Notes under the pieces: generated by a model
What the model was told of the DNA's origin: nothing
Seen by the model: only the letters and a program-made list of their open reading frames with translations
Database searches by the model: none
Source of the DNA: Rhizaria sp. SCN 62-66
Lineage: Eukaryota
Assembly: GCA_001724265.1 (NCBI GenBank)
Contig: MEDY01000004.1
Coordinates: 1 to 64,000 of the forward strand
DNA: 64,000 nucleotides
Reading direction: 5' to 3'
In this document: positions 36,637 to 48,032 of the stretch, piece by piece
How positions within the stretch are numbered: position 1 is the stretch's first letter
Layout of the letters: each line of letters opens with the position of its first letter
Position numbers and translations under genes: made by a program

Positions 36637-37450
36637 AGCGCTCTATGGAACAGCTCCTTTCGCAAAAGGCTGAGTGTCAAACAGAAAAAGAGTGTGGTAT
36701 TGCCGATAATAGTATGAGTGGCGTTTGGAGGCGGTGATGAGGAAAGTTGATAGTATCTGCCCAGGAGAAAGTAACGTCTGCCTCTGATCCAGAGAAGTCC
36801 TACACCTCCATGAAAGAGGACTGTTTGACTATGTTTGACTGGCGTGAAAAAAGCAGGCGAATAAGCGTGAGAAACATGGCGGGGGCGTTGTATCTTTGCG
36901 TCAAATGTGTCCTGGTCAAGCCTATATATCCGTGCGCGCGCGTTTAGCAAACCTCTCATGTCTTCTCGTGACCAGCAGCACTTCTCTTTGTACCTGGTAA
37001 AGCATATAAACTTTGGATACAAGGTGTATCGTTTTGATGTATACACTAAAACGTGTTGTACTTAAAGAAATTGTGCTATTTAAAGCTATATAGAATTGCT
37101 ACTACCACTTCAATGCTCGTTTCGTGAAGTGGCACAGGCACAGCCAAGCTTGTTTCCAGGGCCTACTTCGAGATGTCGCCCTGAAATAGCTTTGTTGTTC
37201 GCGTTGAATTCATCGTGGTTGTGTCTGCTTACAACAAAAATCATCTGCCCTGTTTGACTTCTAACTATTTCCTTTTTTATGGACAGTGAAAAATCCTGTG
37301 TTATCAACAATCCCGACCGCTAAGTTTGTTATGGACAAATCTTTCGGCTGGCATCGCATCTCTTAATTTTCCGCCTCACACTCCGAACTCACTCTTGACT
37401 CGTCTTTTCGGCCCGATTCCGTCTTCAAACGCATTGTTTCTAGTGCTACA

Positions 37451-38824
37451 ATGGCCTCTGTCGACGTCGACGCAGCAGCAACGCTCGCGGCGATCGAGGG
37501 AGACCTCTCGCAGCTTCAGACGCAGCGCCTCAACTTCGGTGCCATGTCGCGCGCGCTTGAGAGCATCAAAGCCCGCCTGCACCAGCTGTACTAGCTCTCC
37601 CGCAACGATGGTGTATCAGCCGACATTATGAGTCGTATTAATTGGTTCTACGAGAACACGAACGCAAACCTTACCGCGATCCGCGCCCAGAACGACGCCA
37701 CGGTGACGCGCCAGATCAGCGAGTACTACGGCGACGCTCTCTACGACAAGCTCATCAAGACCAACCTTGGCAATGTCACGTTCCGCGAGTACCGGCGCAT
37801 CCGCGCGGACGACGGCACGCACCCGATTGTCGCCCTTAAGGAGTCGCGCACGACGGACACCACCTCGGTTGAGTCCCCCACGGGCGAGTCGGCGATGCTG
37901 CAGGTCGTCAACGCCGACCGCCACCCCAGCGTCACGCGCTGGGTGCGTGCGCACCGCATGTCGAACAAGTTCTTCTGTGCGACCGAGTTTGTGCCGACGG
38001 GCGACCTGTTCAGCTTCCTTACGGGCCCGGCCAAGGAGATGGCGGATCCGGACCTGATGGGCAAGTTCCTCTCCATCTGCTACGCCATGGACTACATGCA
38101 CAACGGGCTCTTCATCGCGCACCTGGACCTGAAGCCGGAGAACATCCTTGTCACGCCCGAGGGCGGGATCAAGCTCGTCGACTTCGGCGTCGCGCGCCCC
38201 GTCGAGCCCATCCCGGCCGCCGAGTCGCCCGAGAACGCTGCGCTGCCCAACTTCGCCGAGTACGAGCGCCGCTTTCAGGCCGCCACGCGCGCCACCGAAG
38301 GCGCGTCGCTGCAATACGACGACCTGCTGGCCGAGGCGCTGCGCGAGTACCCGCTGCTGGCCGTGCCGACCGAGGCGCTGGCGGCTCTGCCCTCGGACCA
38401 GCACGCCGACGCGCGGCTGGGGGACACGCTGACAGCCAAGGACATCTCCGCGCTGCTGCCCGACTCGAGCGCGGTACGCGTGTGGGCCATGCAGACGGTG
38501 CTGGGCACGGTTTCGTACATGTCGCCCGAGGTTATGAGCGCGCAGCCCTACAACCCGTTTTGCGCGGACATCTACTCGCTGGGTGTGATCCTCTTCATCA
38601 TGGCCACCGGCTTCCCGCCCTACAAGCAGCGCAACGAGCGCGCGTACACGGAGCTCAAAAGCCAGGGCGTGCGCCACCTGCTGACGCTTTACGGCGTCCT
38701 GGCCAAGGTGCCCGTGCCGATCGTGAACCTGCTCGAGGGCATGATGTCCTTCGCGGAGGGCACGCGGCCCTCGATCAAGCAGGTCCTCACGCAGATGCAC
38801 GCCTTCCTCAACATCGACGCGTAA
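37451..38824 (+). CDS. Ser/Thr protein kinase (CAMK-like), with an in-frame TAG at 37592-37594 if started at 37451; otherwise starts at 37628
   Basis: VALKE, HLDLKPEN, DFG, GTVSYMSPE, ADIYSLGVILF and RPS motifs. The upstream 47 codons are in frame and codon-biased. Confidence 0.88.
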
Positions 38825-39501
38825 GCCCCGTGGTGTGCCTCGATCCGTCCTACCGGCGTGCCAGTGTTGCTTGGGCGCCATTGTTCCTAGTCTTTCTTAT
38901 CTTAGCTGTTCATTTTATGTCTATTTGTTTTTCGTCTCATGTTAGGTTAATAATCCCTCTGGACGGGATCTTCTCTGATGATTCTACAGTGCGGTCGATT
39001 GTTTAATGCATTTATATGCACGATATGGTGTTGCCATCATAATATTACAAACCGAAGCACCAATATAACAATACACACATCCAAAACATTAGTAATATTA
39101 CGCACGCATTCGCATGAATGACCCGTAAAGTTGATTTACCAAGCATAATTCGACTCCAAAGAAGGAAAAACTAGCATATATAAATTGGTCCTGACTGTTG
39201 ACAAGAAATATTACAACATCACACTTAAAGGTTAACATGACGTTAAGGTAGCTCAGGAATACTGTGGTGTCCGCGACGATGATCCGAACAAGCGAGCTTC
39301 GAGATCTGCCCACTCTGCTTGAGCGAAACGGCCCAGATTTAGAAATGCGACTCAGTCGAGTATGCATCGATAGATTGAGGCCGCACACACTTACAGATTC
39401 AATGGTGTGCTTATTTATCTAATTATTTCTTTATTCTTCTCACTGACTCACTCTTCCTTTGGTTTCGACCTTACTTTCTTTCGCGAAGCCCGTCGAAGCC
39501 C

Positions 39502-40482
39502 ATGTACGCAGAGGAGCCGGCTCCTTTGTCGACGACGCGCAAAATGAACACCATGAAGGATTTTAGTGCATTTCCTGGTGCGCAAGTTGCGAAGCCTGAG
39601 GTGTCTCCGGCGTCGTACACTCCACGCGTTGATGTGCTGAGTACGACGATGACAACACGCAATGTCTCGTTTGGCTCAGGCCCGCGCTTCTCAGACAACC
39701 GGCTGCTGGTGGTATCCCGGCACCACAACTCGGACTCGATGGGCCAGCACTCGCCGGGGCCAAAGTACAACCCAGATTTCCGCACGAACCGCGTACCGGG
39801 GCTGTCGTGGGGCCCGCCCGTCGACGCGACGCGGCAGCGCCGGCGCGAGCTGCTGCAGGCGCGCTCGCAGCTCACCGACGTCGGGCCGGGCGCGTACCAC
39901 CCCAGCCAGAGCTCGGTCAAGACGGCCGTGCCGCGCACCGTCTTCTCCAAGTCGGCGCGCTTCTCCGAGCGTCGCCTGGAGCCGTTGCACGCCAACTCGT
40001 CGCCGCTGATGGCGGACCACGCGAGCGGGGCCGTGGGCGACCTCACGGACCAGAGCGCCTTCAAGCGTACCGTGCGCACTGCGCCATCCTTCTCTTTCGG
40101 ATCCTCCGCGGGGCCCGACAGCGAACGCCAGGTCTCGGGCACCAACACCGTTTTCGGCGCGAGTTCGAACCGCACGAGCTTCCTGACGCACTCGATCAAG
40201 GGTGGGCTGTCCAAGCCGGCCACGCTCGACTGCTCTATCGGGCCCGCCGACTACGTGCCCGAGGGCGGCTGGCGCAACAACCTTCAGCCCCGACCGCAGC
40301 CGGAGTTCTCGTTTCCGCGCGCCGAGCGCTTTATGCGCGACGACTTGCAGTTCATCTCGCACGAGCACGCCAAGTCCAAGGTCGGCATCGCCTCGCCTGG
40401 GCCCTGCTACTACCACGAACAGGCCACCGTGGGACACAAGAAGCACGTCCCGCGCGCCAGCACCACCAAGTGGGTTCCATGA
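39502..40482 (+). CDS. SHIPPO-repeat (ODF3/STPG-like) axonemal protein, 326 aa
   Basis: Repeated SPGPKY, VGPGAY, IGPADY and SPGPCYY, followed by (S/F)FS..RF motifs. Confidence 0.85.
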   Translation: MYAEEPAPLSTTRKMNTMKDFSAFPGAQVAKPEVSPASYTPRVDVLSTTMTTRNVSFGSGPRFSDNRLLVVSRHHNSDSMGQHSPGPKYNPDFRTNRVPGLSWGPPVDATRQRRRELLQARSQLTDVGPGAYHPSQSSVKTAVPRTVFSKSARFSERRLEPLHANSSPLMADHASGAVGDLTDQSAFKRTVRTAPSFSFGSSAGPDSERQVSGTNTVFGASSNRTSFLTHSIKGGLSKPATLDCSIGPADYVPEGGWRNNLQPRPQPEFSFPRAERFMRDDLQFISHEHAKSKVGIASPGPCYYHEQATVGHKKHVPRASTTKWVP

Positions 40483-41124
40483 GCGCCTTTTCTTGACAGC
40501 AGCAGCTCTCTCATGACCTGATGGTGCGCCGAGCACGTGTGGAGCGCGCCGAAGTGCCCTGGGTACCGAAGGCCAGTCCTTGGCTGAGGCCATCATTCAT
40601 CGCCGAACCGCAGTGAATATAGGACAAAGCTTTATTTCCAACCAAATCATAAGATACAAACAAGTCTAGATATTATCAATACATGTGTATTTTTCTTCAT
40701 CCATTTATCTTGCCCTTTACATCTCCTCTGGAGTGGGAGTCAAGCGACGGCGGGAGCCGTTTTGGGCGGGAAAGGCCACACCGGCGGCCGAAGACGCTAA
40801 CGACGGTTAGAGGTTTCGCCCCAAGCGTGGCACGTAAAGTGCACCATTGAGCGGCAGTGGTCATGTTTTGAGCACTTTGTTGTTTGCTAGGAGTCTTCGC
40901 ACGCGTTTCTATCTTGTTGTCTTTTTTTCATTTCAGATTGTGCAAATCTTGCCGCTGTAAATAGGGATGGATCCTTCATCGCTAGGCTGCCGCGCGCCTT
41001 TTAGGCAGATCGACTTTCTGCGCCACTACCTACGAGTGCATGAAAATCGTCAAAGGTCTGTCTCACCTACGCTCACTTGTTAATATTTGTCGTGTTCAAT
41101 TTTGATTTGCTCCACAGGCGTCTA

Positions 41125-43383
41125 ATGTCTAACCAGGCAACGCCTCGCAGGCGCCCCACGGCTGTCTTCACTTCTCCCAGCAACGCTGCCGAGATTCAGA
41201 ACGCGCGCGAGCAGGAGCGTCTCGAGCTCCAGGATCTTAACAACCGTGTTGAGAATGTGTTCCGCAACTACCGTCAGCGCATGGCTGACCCTGACCTGCA
41301 AAAGGAGCAGATGACTCTGTACATCAAGCAGCTGCTCACCGTCTACAACTTGCTCAAGAACAAGGTCAACGACCAGCACGGCATCCTCGGTGAGCAGGAC
41401 GAGGTCATCAAGCGCCTCGGCGTCGCCAAGACCGAGCTCCAGGCCAAGCTTGCCAACGCTGAACAAGACATCGCTGCCGCGCACCACGCCGCCGCCGCGC
41501 TCAAGGCCGACGGCCAGGGTATCTTTGCTGAGCTCTCTGCCGCCAAGGGCGAGGTCGCTCGCGCGCAGGCCGACGCCTCCACCACGGCTTCCGACCTGGC
41601 CGCCGAGCGCGCGCTGACCCAGCGTCTGCGCGCGGACATGGCCGCGCTGCGCAACGTCGTCGAGGACGCCAACGCGCGCGCCGCCAAGGCCGAGATCCAG
41701 ACCAAGGACGTCGTCGACAAGAGCGCGCGCGTCATCCAGGACTACAAGAACTCGATCGCGGACCTCACTCGAGAGCTTGAGGCCGGCGGCGCCGGCGAGG
41801 GCAACGCCGCGGCCGTGGAGCGCATGCACGAGGAGCTGTGGAAGAACGTCATGGCCAACGCACAGAACCAGACGCAGCTGCGCGAGGAGATGATCGAGGC
41901 GCTGACCCGCCAGCGCAACGACGAGGTCGCGGGCTACCGCCACCAGCTCGAGACGATGGGTCACGACCTGGAGGAGTACCGTAACCGCCTGACGGCGGAG
42001 CAGAACGACTCGCGCAAGCTGCTGGCTGAGTACGAGAAGTGCGTCGCAGCGATCCGCAATCTCGAGGGCGAGAAGAAGGAGCTGTTGCAGAAGTACCGCG
42101 ACGACGTCGACGCGCTCAAGCAGCGCCTCCGCGAGCAGGCCGCGGACCTCGGCGCGAAGCACGAGGCCGAGATGCGCCGTCTGGCGGCCGAGCTGGCTGC
42201 CGAGCAGGCCGCGCTGGGCGACCAGGCCGACGCGCACGCCGCGGAGCTGCAGAAGGAGCGCCAGGCACACCAGGCCGCCATCGCCGAGCGCAACGAGAAG
42301 ATCCGCCAGATGAAGCACGCCTTCATTCAGAAGCTGTGCGAGTTCGAGGAGCTCCACTCGCCCAAGGTCTCTCTCGCGCTGCAGATCCAGACCTACGACT
42401 CGCTGCTCGCGGCCGAGGAGGCCCGCCTTGGCATCACCGGCTTCGCCGTTGGCGCCACCTCCCCGCGCTCCGCTGTCGTCCGCACTGCGGGCTTCCGCTC
42501 CCCCGTGTCCTCCGCCGCCGCCTCGGGCGCTGCGGCCGCTGGCACGCCCGCCAGCAAGGGCTCCTTCCTGGGCTCGCTGACGGGCTTCCTTTCGCGCACC
42601 CCCGCCGCGGCCGCCGCTCCCGCGTCCGCGTCCGTCTCGCAGGTCGTCATGACCGACGAGGCTGCCGCCGCCGTCGCGCGCAGCCTCGACGCCGAACTCA
42701 ACAGCTCCGGGTCCGCCGCCGCCGCCGCCGCCGAGTCCGCGCCCGTGGGCCGCAGCGCGCGCGGCAAGACGGCCGCGCCGACCCCCGCGCCCGCGGCCCC
42801 CGCGGTTGTGGAGGCGACGCCCGCGGGCGGGCGCAAGTCGCGTCGCCGCACCGAGGCCGACGCGCTGCTGGACGACGCGGCCGAGGCCGACGTGCAGCTG
42901 CCGCCGCCCTCTGCACGCCGCCGCACGCGCTCCCAGATCCGCGCCGACGACAACGAGAACGGCAGCGCCGGTGCCGGCGTGGGCACGCTTGCCGCCGTGG
43001 CTGAGGAGGGCGCGGCGTCATCGCTCATGATCTCTGGCCGCGACGCGCTGGGCGAGTACGTGCGCATCCTGAACCACTCGGCCGAGACGGTGCCGCTGTC
43101 CGGCTGGGCGCTGCGCACGACCAAGCGCAAGCACACGCTGGCCTTCCCGGCCGGCGCGAGCCTTGCCCCCGAGGAGGCCTTCACCGTGCGCACCAGCGCG
43201 ACGGGCGAGGCGCCCGCGGGCGTGGCCGTTGAGGACACGCTGTGGGTGCGCGCCGACGTGTGGGACCCCGCCGGTGACGAGTGTCTGCTGCTCAACGCCG
43301 ACAACGAGGTCAAGGCGCGCGTCGTCGTCCGCGTCGCCGGCGGCGCCAAGGCCGGCGCCAACAACGCCTGCGCCATCATGTAA
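41125..43383 (+). CDS. Nuclear lamin (rod + lamin tail domain + CaaX), ~752 aa
   Basis: TSP CDK site before coil 1A EQERLELQDLNNRV; rod end KVSLALQIQTYDSLLAAEEARL; NLS-like RKSRRR/RRRTR; LTD GEYVRILNHS..VPLSGWAL…FP…L.P…FTV…VW; terminal CAIM. Possible upstream exon 40967-41055. Confidence 0.92.
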   Translation: MSNQATPRRRPTAVFTSPSNAAEIQNAREQERLELQDLNNRVENVFRNYRQRMADPDLQKEQMTLYIKQLLTVYNLLKNKVNDQHGILGEQDEVIKRLGVAKTELQAKLANAEQDIAAAHHAAAALKADGQGIFAELSAAKGEVARAQADASTTASDLAAERALTQRLRADMAALRNVVEDANARAAKAEIQTKDVVDKSARVIQDYKNSIADLTRELEAGGAGEGNAAAVERMHEELWKNVMANAQNQTQLREEMIEALTRQRNDEVAGYRHQLETMGHDLEEYRNRLTAEQNDSRKLLAEYEKCVAAIRNLEGEKKELLQKYRDDVDALKQRLREQAADLGAKHEAEMRRLAAELAAEQAALGDQADAHAAELQKERQAHQAAIAERNEKIRQMKHAFIQKLCEFEELHSPKVSLALQIQTYDSLLAAEEARLGITGFAVGATSPRSAVVRTAGFRSPVSSAAASGAAAAGTPASKGSFLGSLTGFLSRTPAAAAAPASASVSQVVMTDEAAAAVARSLDAELNSSGSAAAAAAESAPVGRSARGKTAAPTPAPAAPAVVEATPAGGRKSRRRTEADALLDDAAEADVQLPPPSARRRTRSQIRADDNENGSAGAGVGTLAAVAEEGAASSLMISGRDALGEYVRILNHSAETVPLSGWALRTTKRKHTLAFPAGASLAPEEAFTVRTSATGEAPAGVAVEDTLWVRADVWDPAGDECLLLNADNEVKARVVVRVAGGAKAGANNACAIM

Positions 43384-44105
43384 GCGATTAAGCGACTATG
43401 TAAGCAGGCCGCCACTAAGACACCGCCTCAAGTGCGTTGGAATGAGTCTAGCTGGGGACTGAGTTCAGGTGGGTGTCGCGTAAGAAACTGTGTTCTTGCG
43501 AAGGAGCGGCAGCTCAGCGGCACCGCCAAGCTACGATAAAATAACGGAGCTTGATATGCTGTGCTGCCAGCTCACTTTTACTTTTATTTCCAATCGCCGT
43601 TGTAGAACTTCGTCACATCGTTTGACTCACAGTATGGCTCTTTTTGTTTTTGTTTCTGGTTATTTCATTTTTCGTTTTTCGTTTTTAACACATCGTACAT
43701 CCGCAACTGTTTGTTTCCTTGTTTCAATATGCGGCACACACTTCTGTGTAGGCTAGGCGTGGGCAGATGCACTTGTATGCTCTCCATGGAGGCATAGAAT
43801 TGTGTAATACGTAGAATTTCCGTAGTTTCTTTGACCTCGCACCGCACTCCATACAACACACCCAAAATTTATTCTAGTCATCTTTCCTTTAACACGAAAT
43901 GACAACGCACTTCAAACCTGTGGTTACACGTGGACCAGCAACCGGGGCCAAAGCCTCGTAGAGGGGCCAGTGATGACGCAGATTCTGCGAGGTCTATAAG
44001 TCGTCACACGTCCGTCAATACAACTATAGTGGCCTTCTGGTAACTCTTTGTTGTACATCCCTTCTTTTCTTTTGAAACTACACCTGTTTCTCCATTGTTG
44101 CGCCC

Positions 44106-45481
44106 ATGGCGGTACGTCATATCTTCTCTCTCTTCCTGTTCCAACCTCCTATCGCTGTCTCCTTCTTTCCCGTCACGCCTCGCCCTCTCATCTAACTGCC
44201 TCATCCTCTGTCTTGGCTCCCCTTGCGTAGTCGCAACAATGGTATGACGTCGAGGACGCCTGGAGTGACGCGAGCGATGGCGAAGGCGCCGCGCCCAACG
44301 CTGGCTCCGGCGCGTTGTCCCCGAACGCCCCCATTGCCCCTTCGCCTTACGCCGACTTTTCCCCCTTCGCGCCACACTCTCCACAGCCGCTGTCGCACCC
44401 CGGCAGCGCCGAATTTGCGCTCGTCTCTTCCATTAAGTCCGCGCTGGGCCCCGCACCGCCCCCCGCGTCGGCGCGCCCCGGTGACACAGTGCTCGACATC
44501 CCCGCCCTCGAAGCGTCCTCCCACGAGGACGACACCTCAGTCGGCACTGCGCGCGCGGACGGGGCGCCCAGCGCGCGCCGCAACCAGTCGCGCGGCGGCG
44601 GCGCGGACCTGCTTTTTAGCGGGCCCGTCTTCGGCCGCGGCGGCCCCGCAGGGCGCTACGGCGCGGCGCTGCGCCCCGGAGGCGGCCTCGGCGGCTATGG
44701 CGGCTACGGCGGCGGTGCGCTGGGCCTCTCGGGCGCGGGCGCGGTGGGGGACCTGGACCCGTCGTCGCCGCTCGCGCGCTGGGCCGACGTGGACCGCTCG
44801 CTGACCGACGACCTGCTGAGCGTGGCGGCCCCGCTGGCGTACGTGGCCGCGCAGGCCGCCGTACTGGTGTTCGCGGCCCACGCGCTGCACGCGGGCCCGC
44901 GCCAGGGCGAGTACTGCCGCACCGCGCCGCTGGCGACGCTGCTGCAGGCTGTTGCCGCGCACGCGCTCGCCTGCGCCGCCGCCGCGCTCGCCTTCGTCGC
45001 GCTCTCGCGCTTGCGCCCGCGCGCGCTGCAGACGACGGACTTGTCCGCGCCGGCCAACCGCGGCTGGCGCATGCTCGCACTCGCCCTCGCCGGTGCGCAG
45101 GCCCTGCTCGTGCTCGTGCTCGAGGCCAAGCTCGGCGGGCTGGGGCTGGGCGGCGCGGCGCCGTACTTGCGCTGCGGCGTCACGGCCCCCGGCATGTTCA
45201 TCACCGCGCGCTGGCTCGGCGCCGCGCAGAGCTGGGTGTTTCTCTACGCCTTCCTGCGCCTCGCGGGCGGGGACGACGCGCCGCCGCAGCCCTTCGCCGG
45301 TGCCGCGCTGCCCGCGCTCGCCCCGGGCAGCGCAGACGCCGCCCTGTCGGCTGCGGCTGCTGCAAGTGCGGGCGCGGCTGACGGGAAACCGGGCTCGCCG
45401 CTGCGTCCGGGCGACCTGCACCACCTCGGCCGCGACGGCTCGGGGCCGGGCGCGGGCGCGGGCCACAGAGGCGGCCACGAT

Positions 45482-45514
<33 letters not shown>

Positions 45515-45565
45515 GGCGGTGGCCTGGGTGGTGGGGACGGGTTTGACCCCCTGGGACACCGTTGA
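44106..45565 (+). CDS. Uncharacterised multi-pass membrane protein (~446 aa, about 4 TM helices)
   Basis: Micro-exon 44106-44111 (MA) plus 44231-45565 (gtacgt…tag). Four hydrophobic segments, with Cys in two loops. Confidence 0.75.
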
Positions 45566-45920
45566 GCTGCGGTGCACGCAGTGGGGACGTTTCAGTCAAA
45601 GTTCGGCGGTACCATTCACACTGTGGTGAGTGGGTGAGCGAGTGAGGCTCGCACGTGGTTGTGGCGTGACAGAGTGGCCACCACTGTGCTGCCACAACAG
45701 GACAGAGTATCATATCATATCCATGGCAAGGCCATGCCTCGTCTTATGAATACAATCAATAAGATTATTCAACGAATGTAACACTATGTATTCAATAAAG
45801 CACTCCTACACGTGGATTCGCTACTTGTAGTAGTAATCATAGCAGAATATCGCATGCACATCAGTCTCTTTAAGAACATTCCCAGTCGGATCACTAATAG
45901 AGTAGATTGTACCTAGCTGC

Positions 45921-48032
45921 TCAGTGCGCGACGAGCCCCTTCTGGCGCATGCCCTCGAAGGCCGCCTGCCGCGCCGCCTGCGCCAGCCGCACCCGCGCCA
46001 GCAGCGCCGCGTGCAGCGTCTGCGCGTCCCCGCGCGCGGCCCCCACGGCGCCGCCCCCGCCCGCAGCGTCGGCGCCGCCAGCGGAGCCGCCGCCCACGGT
46101 CACGCTGCCGTCGGCTGTCGCAGCAAAGGCGCCAGGGCCTGTGTGGGCGGAGCGCGGTGCGTACAAGGCCAGCTGGGCCAGCGCCTCCGCACGGCCCATA
46201 GGTGCGACGGAGCGCGGCCGCCGCAGCAGCCGCACGTGCCCCTCCGCCACGGCGACGCAGCCGGCTTTGGCGGCAGCTTCGTTGTTAGCGCCCACGTCGG
46301 TGCTGCCGCCGCCGCCGGTCTTGGAGCGGGGGAGCAGCAGCGCGCGCGCAGTGGCGGCGCGCGCTGCGCCTGCAGCGGTGCGCGTGGTGTAGGCCGGCAC
46401 GCGCGCGCGGCCGTGGCGCGAGGGCGAGCCCGCGGCGGCGGCGCGGCGGGCCCGCTCCAGCTGCTCGGCCTCGGCCTGCAGCCGCCGCAGCCCTGCGCGC
46501 TCCCGGCCCTCGCGCTCGCGCCGCGCGCCCAGCCAGTTCGTGTACGCCCGGTCGGCCGCCGCGCGCTCCTCCTCGCGCGCAGCCGACTCGCGCGCGCGCG
46601 TCGCCGCGGCCGCGCGGCGCGTCGCACTCAGCCGCTGCGCCGTCGCTGCCGCGCGCTGCCGCGCCCAGCCATCGAACGCGTGCTCCGCGGCAGCCTCGCG
46701 GGCGGCGTGCTCCGTCTGCGCCGCGGCCGTCTGCGTGCGCTTCCTGGCCGTAGCCTCCGCGGCGGCGCGCGCGGCCCCAGCGTCGGTGCGCGACTGCCAC
46801 GCGTCTACTGCATGCTCCACAGCGGCGGCGCGCGCGGCGCGGGCGCGGTCGCGGGCCGCCGCTGCCGCGGCCTCCTCCGCGGCGGCCGCGGCCGCCAGCT
46901 CGGCCAGCCGCCGCTGCTTGGCCTGCAGCCAGGCCTCGAAGCCCAGCCGGGCCACCGCGTCGCCGCCCAATAGCGCGCCGTGCGCTGCGGGGGCCGAGGC
47001 GGCCATCTGCGCGACGACCGCGGCATGGCCCGCGCGCAGGGCCGCCTCGCCGCGCATGGCCGCCAGCCGCGCCCCACGCCCGTGCTGCGACTGCGGCGGG
47101 TGCTGGAGACACCAGGCGTCGTAGGCCCGCTGGCCGCGGCGCTGGCGGGCCACGGCCTCGAGCAGCGCGCGCAGCAGCAGGATCTCGCGCGCGAACCGGG
47201 CGAGCCGGAGCCCGCGCTCGCGCCGCAGCAGCCAGCCGCGCAGGCGCCGCGCGCGCTCGCGCGGGGTAAGCCCCAGTGCGGCCCAGCGCTGCGCGAGGGC
47301 GCCGCGGCGGGCCGTGAGGCGCGCCACGACCTCGGTCTGCAGCAGCGGGTGGCCGGCGGCGTCGTCGACGGCCTCGCAGTGCAGGTCCGCGGGCTCGTCG
47401 CAGTCCGCGCCCTCGGCCTCCGCGGCCGCGTCGTCGTCCTCGCCGTCGCCGTCGCCGCAGTCGCTGGCGCGGTAGCCCGAGGCGGAGGCGGCAGTGAGGT
47501 CGTAGCGCGACGCGCAGTAGGTCAGCGGCGGGGGCGCGGGCAGCGCGGCGGCGAGCGCCGCCAGCGGGATATCGGACACGAGCGCGGACGCGGGCGCAAG
47601 GCGCGGCGAGGGCGGCTCGTCGCGGTACATGAAGGCGTTGTACGCGTCGTAGGGCGTGGCGTCCTCTTCCTCGGCCGCGGCGGCCTCAGCGGCGGCGACG
47701 TCGGGGGCAGGAAACAGCCACTCAAACGCAGCCGGCGGGCGCGGGGCCGTGCGCAGCGGGTCGGACACGGGCGCAGAATCAACGATCGGCGCGCGGTCGC
47801 GGAAGCCCAGTGAGTCAAGCGCCTGTGGGGTCCAGGGACGCGCGTGGCCCTGAGGCAGTATATTGGCAGTGTCGGCGGGCTCGGACACGTAGAACGGATC
47901 ATCGCCGTATGATGCACGCGAGAAAAGAGATGCGGACAGTGTGTGCTGTGCAGACCCGGCTGGGGGCGGCGCCGCACTCGTGATTGTCACGATTGGGCCT
48001 CGTGGCACGACTCGCACCGTCGAGGTTTCCAT
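45921..48032 (-). CDS. Coiled-coil protein with repeated (A/G)F/Y-x-x-W motifs (CCDC34/CCDC181-like), 703 aa
   Basis: AYDAWCL, GFEAWLQAKQRR, AVDAWQ, AFDGWARQR and AYTNWLGARR within an Ala/Arg/Glu helix. Confidence 0.65.
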   Translation of the reverse strand: METSTVRVVPRGPIVTITSAAPPPAGSAQHTLSASLFSRASYGDDPFYVSEPADTANILPQGHARPWTPQALDSLGFRDRAPIVDSAPVSDPLRTAPRPPAAFEWLFPAPDVAAAEAAAAEEEDATPYDAYNAFMYRDEPPSPRLAPASALVSDIPLAALAAALPAPPPLTYCASRYDLTAASASGYRASDCGDGDGEDDDAAAEAEGADCDEPADLHCEAVDDAAGHPLLQTEVVARLTARRGALAQRWAALGLTPRERARRLRGWLLRRERGLRLARFAREILLLRALLEAVARQRRGQRAYDAWCLQHPPQSQHGRGARLAAMRGEAALRAGHAAVVAQMAASAPAAHGALLGGDAVARLGFEAWLQAKQRRLAELAAAAAAEEAAAAAARDRARAARAAAVEHAVDAWQSRTDAGAARAAAEATARKRTQTAAAQTEHAAREAAAEHAFDGWARQRAAATAQRLSATRRAAAATRARESAAREEERAAADRAYTNWLGARREREGRERAGLRRLQAEAEQLERARRAAAAGSPSRHGRARVPAYTTRTAAGAARAATARALLLPRSKTGGGGSTDVGANNEAAAKAGCVAVAEGHVRLLRRPRSVAPMGRAEALAQLALYAPRSAHTGPGAFAATADGSVTVGGGSAGGADAAGGGGAVGAARGDAQTLHAALLARVRLAQAARQAAFEGMRQKGLVAH

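Noticed and set aside
36552-37046. 164-aa minus-strand ORF in the divergent spacer
   Set aside because: Non-ATG start, atypical codons, and out-of-frame overlap with the neighbouring gene start.
39098-39388. 96-aa minus-strand ORF
   Set aside because: AT-rich, non-ATG start, no motif.
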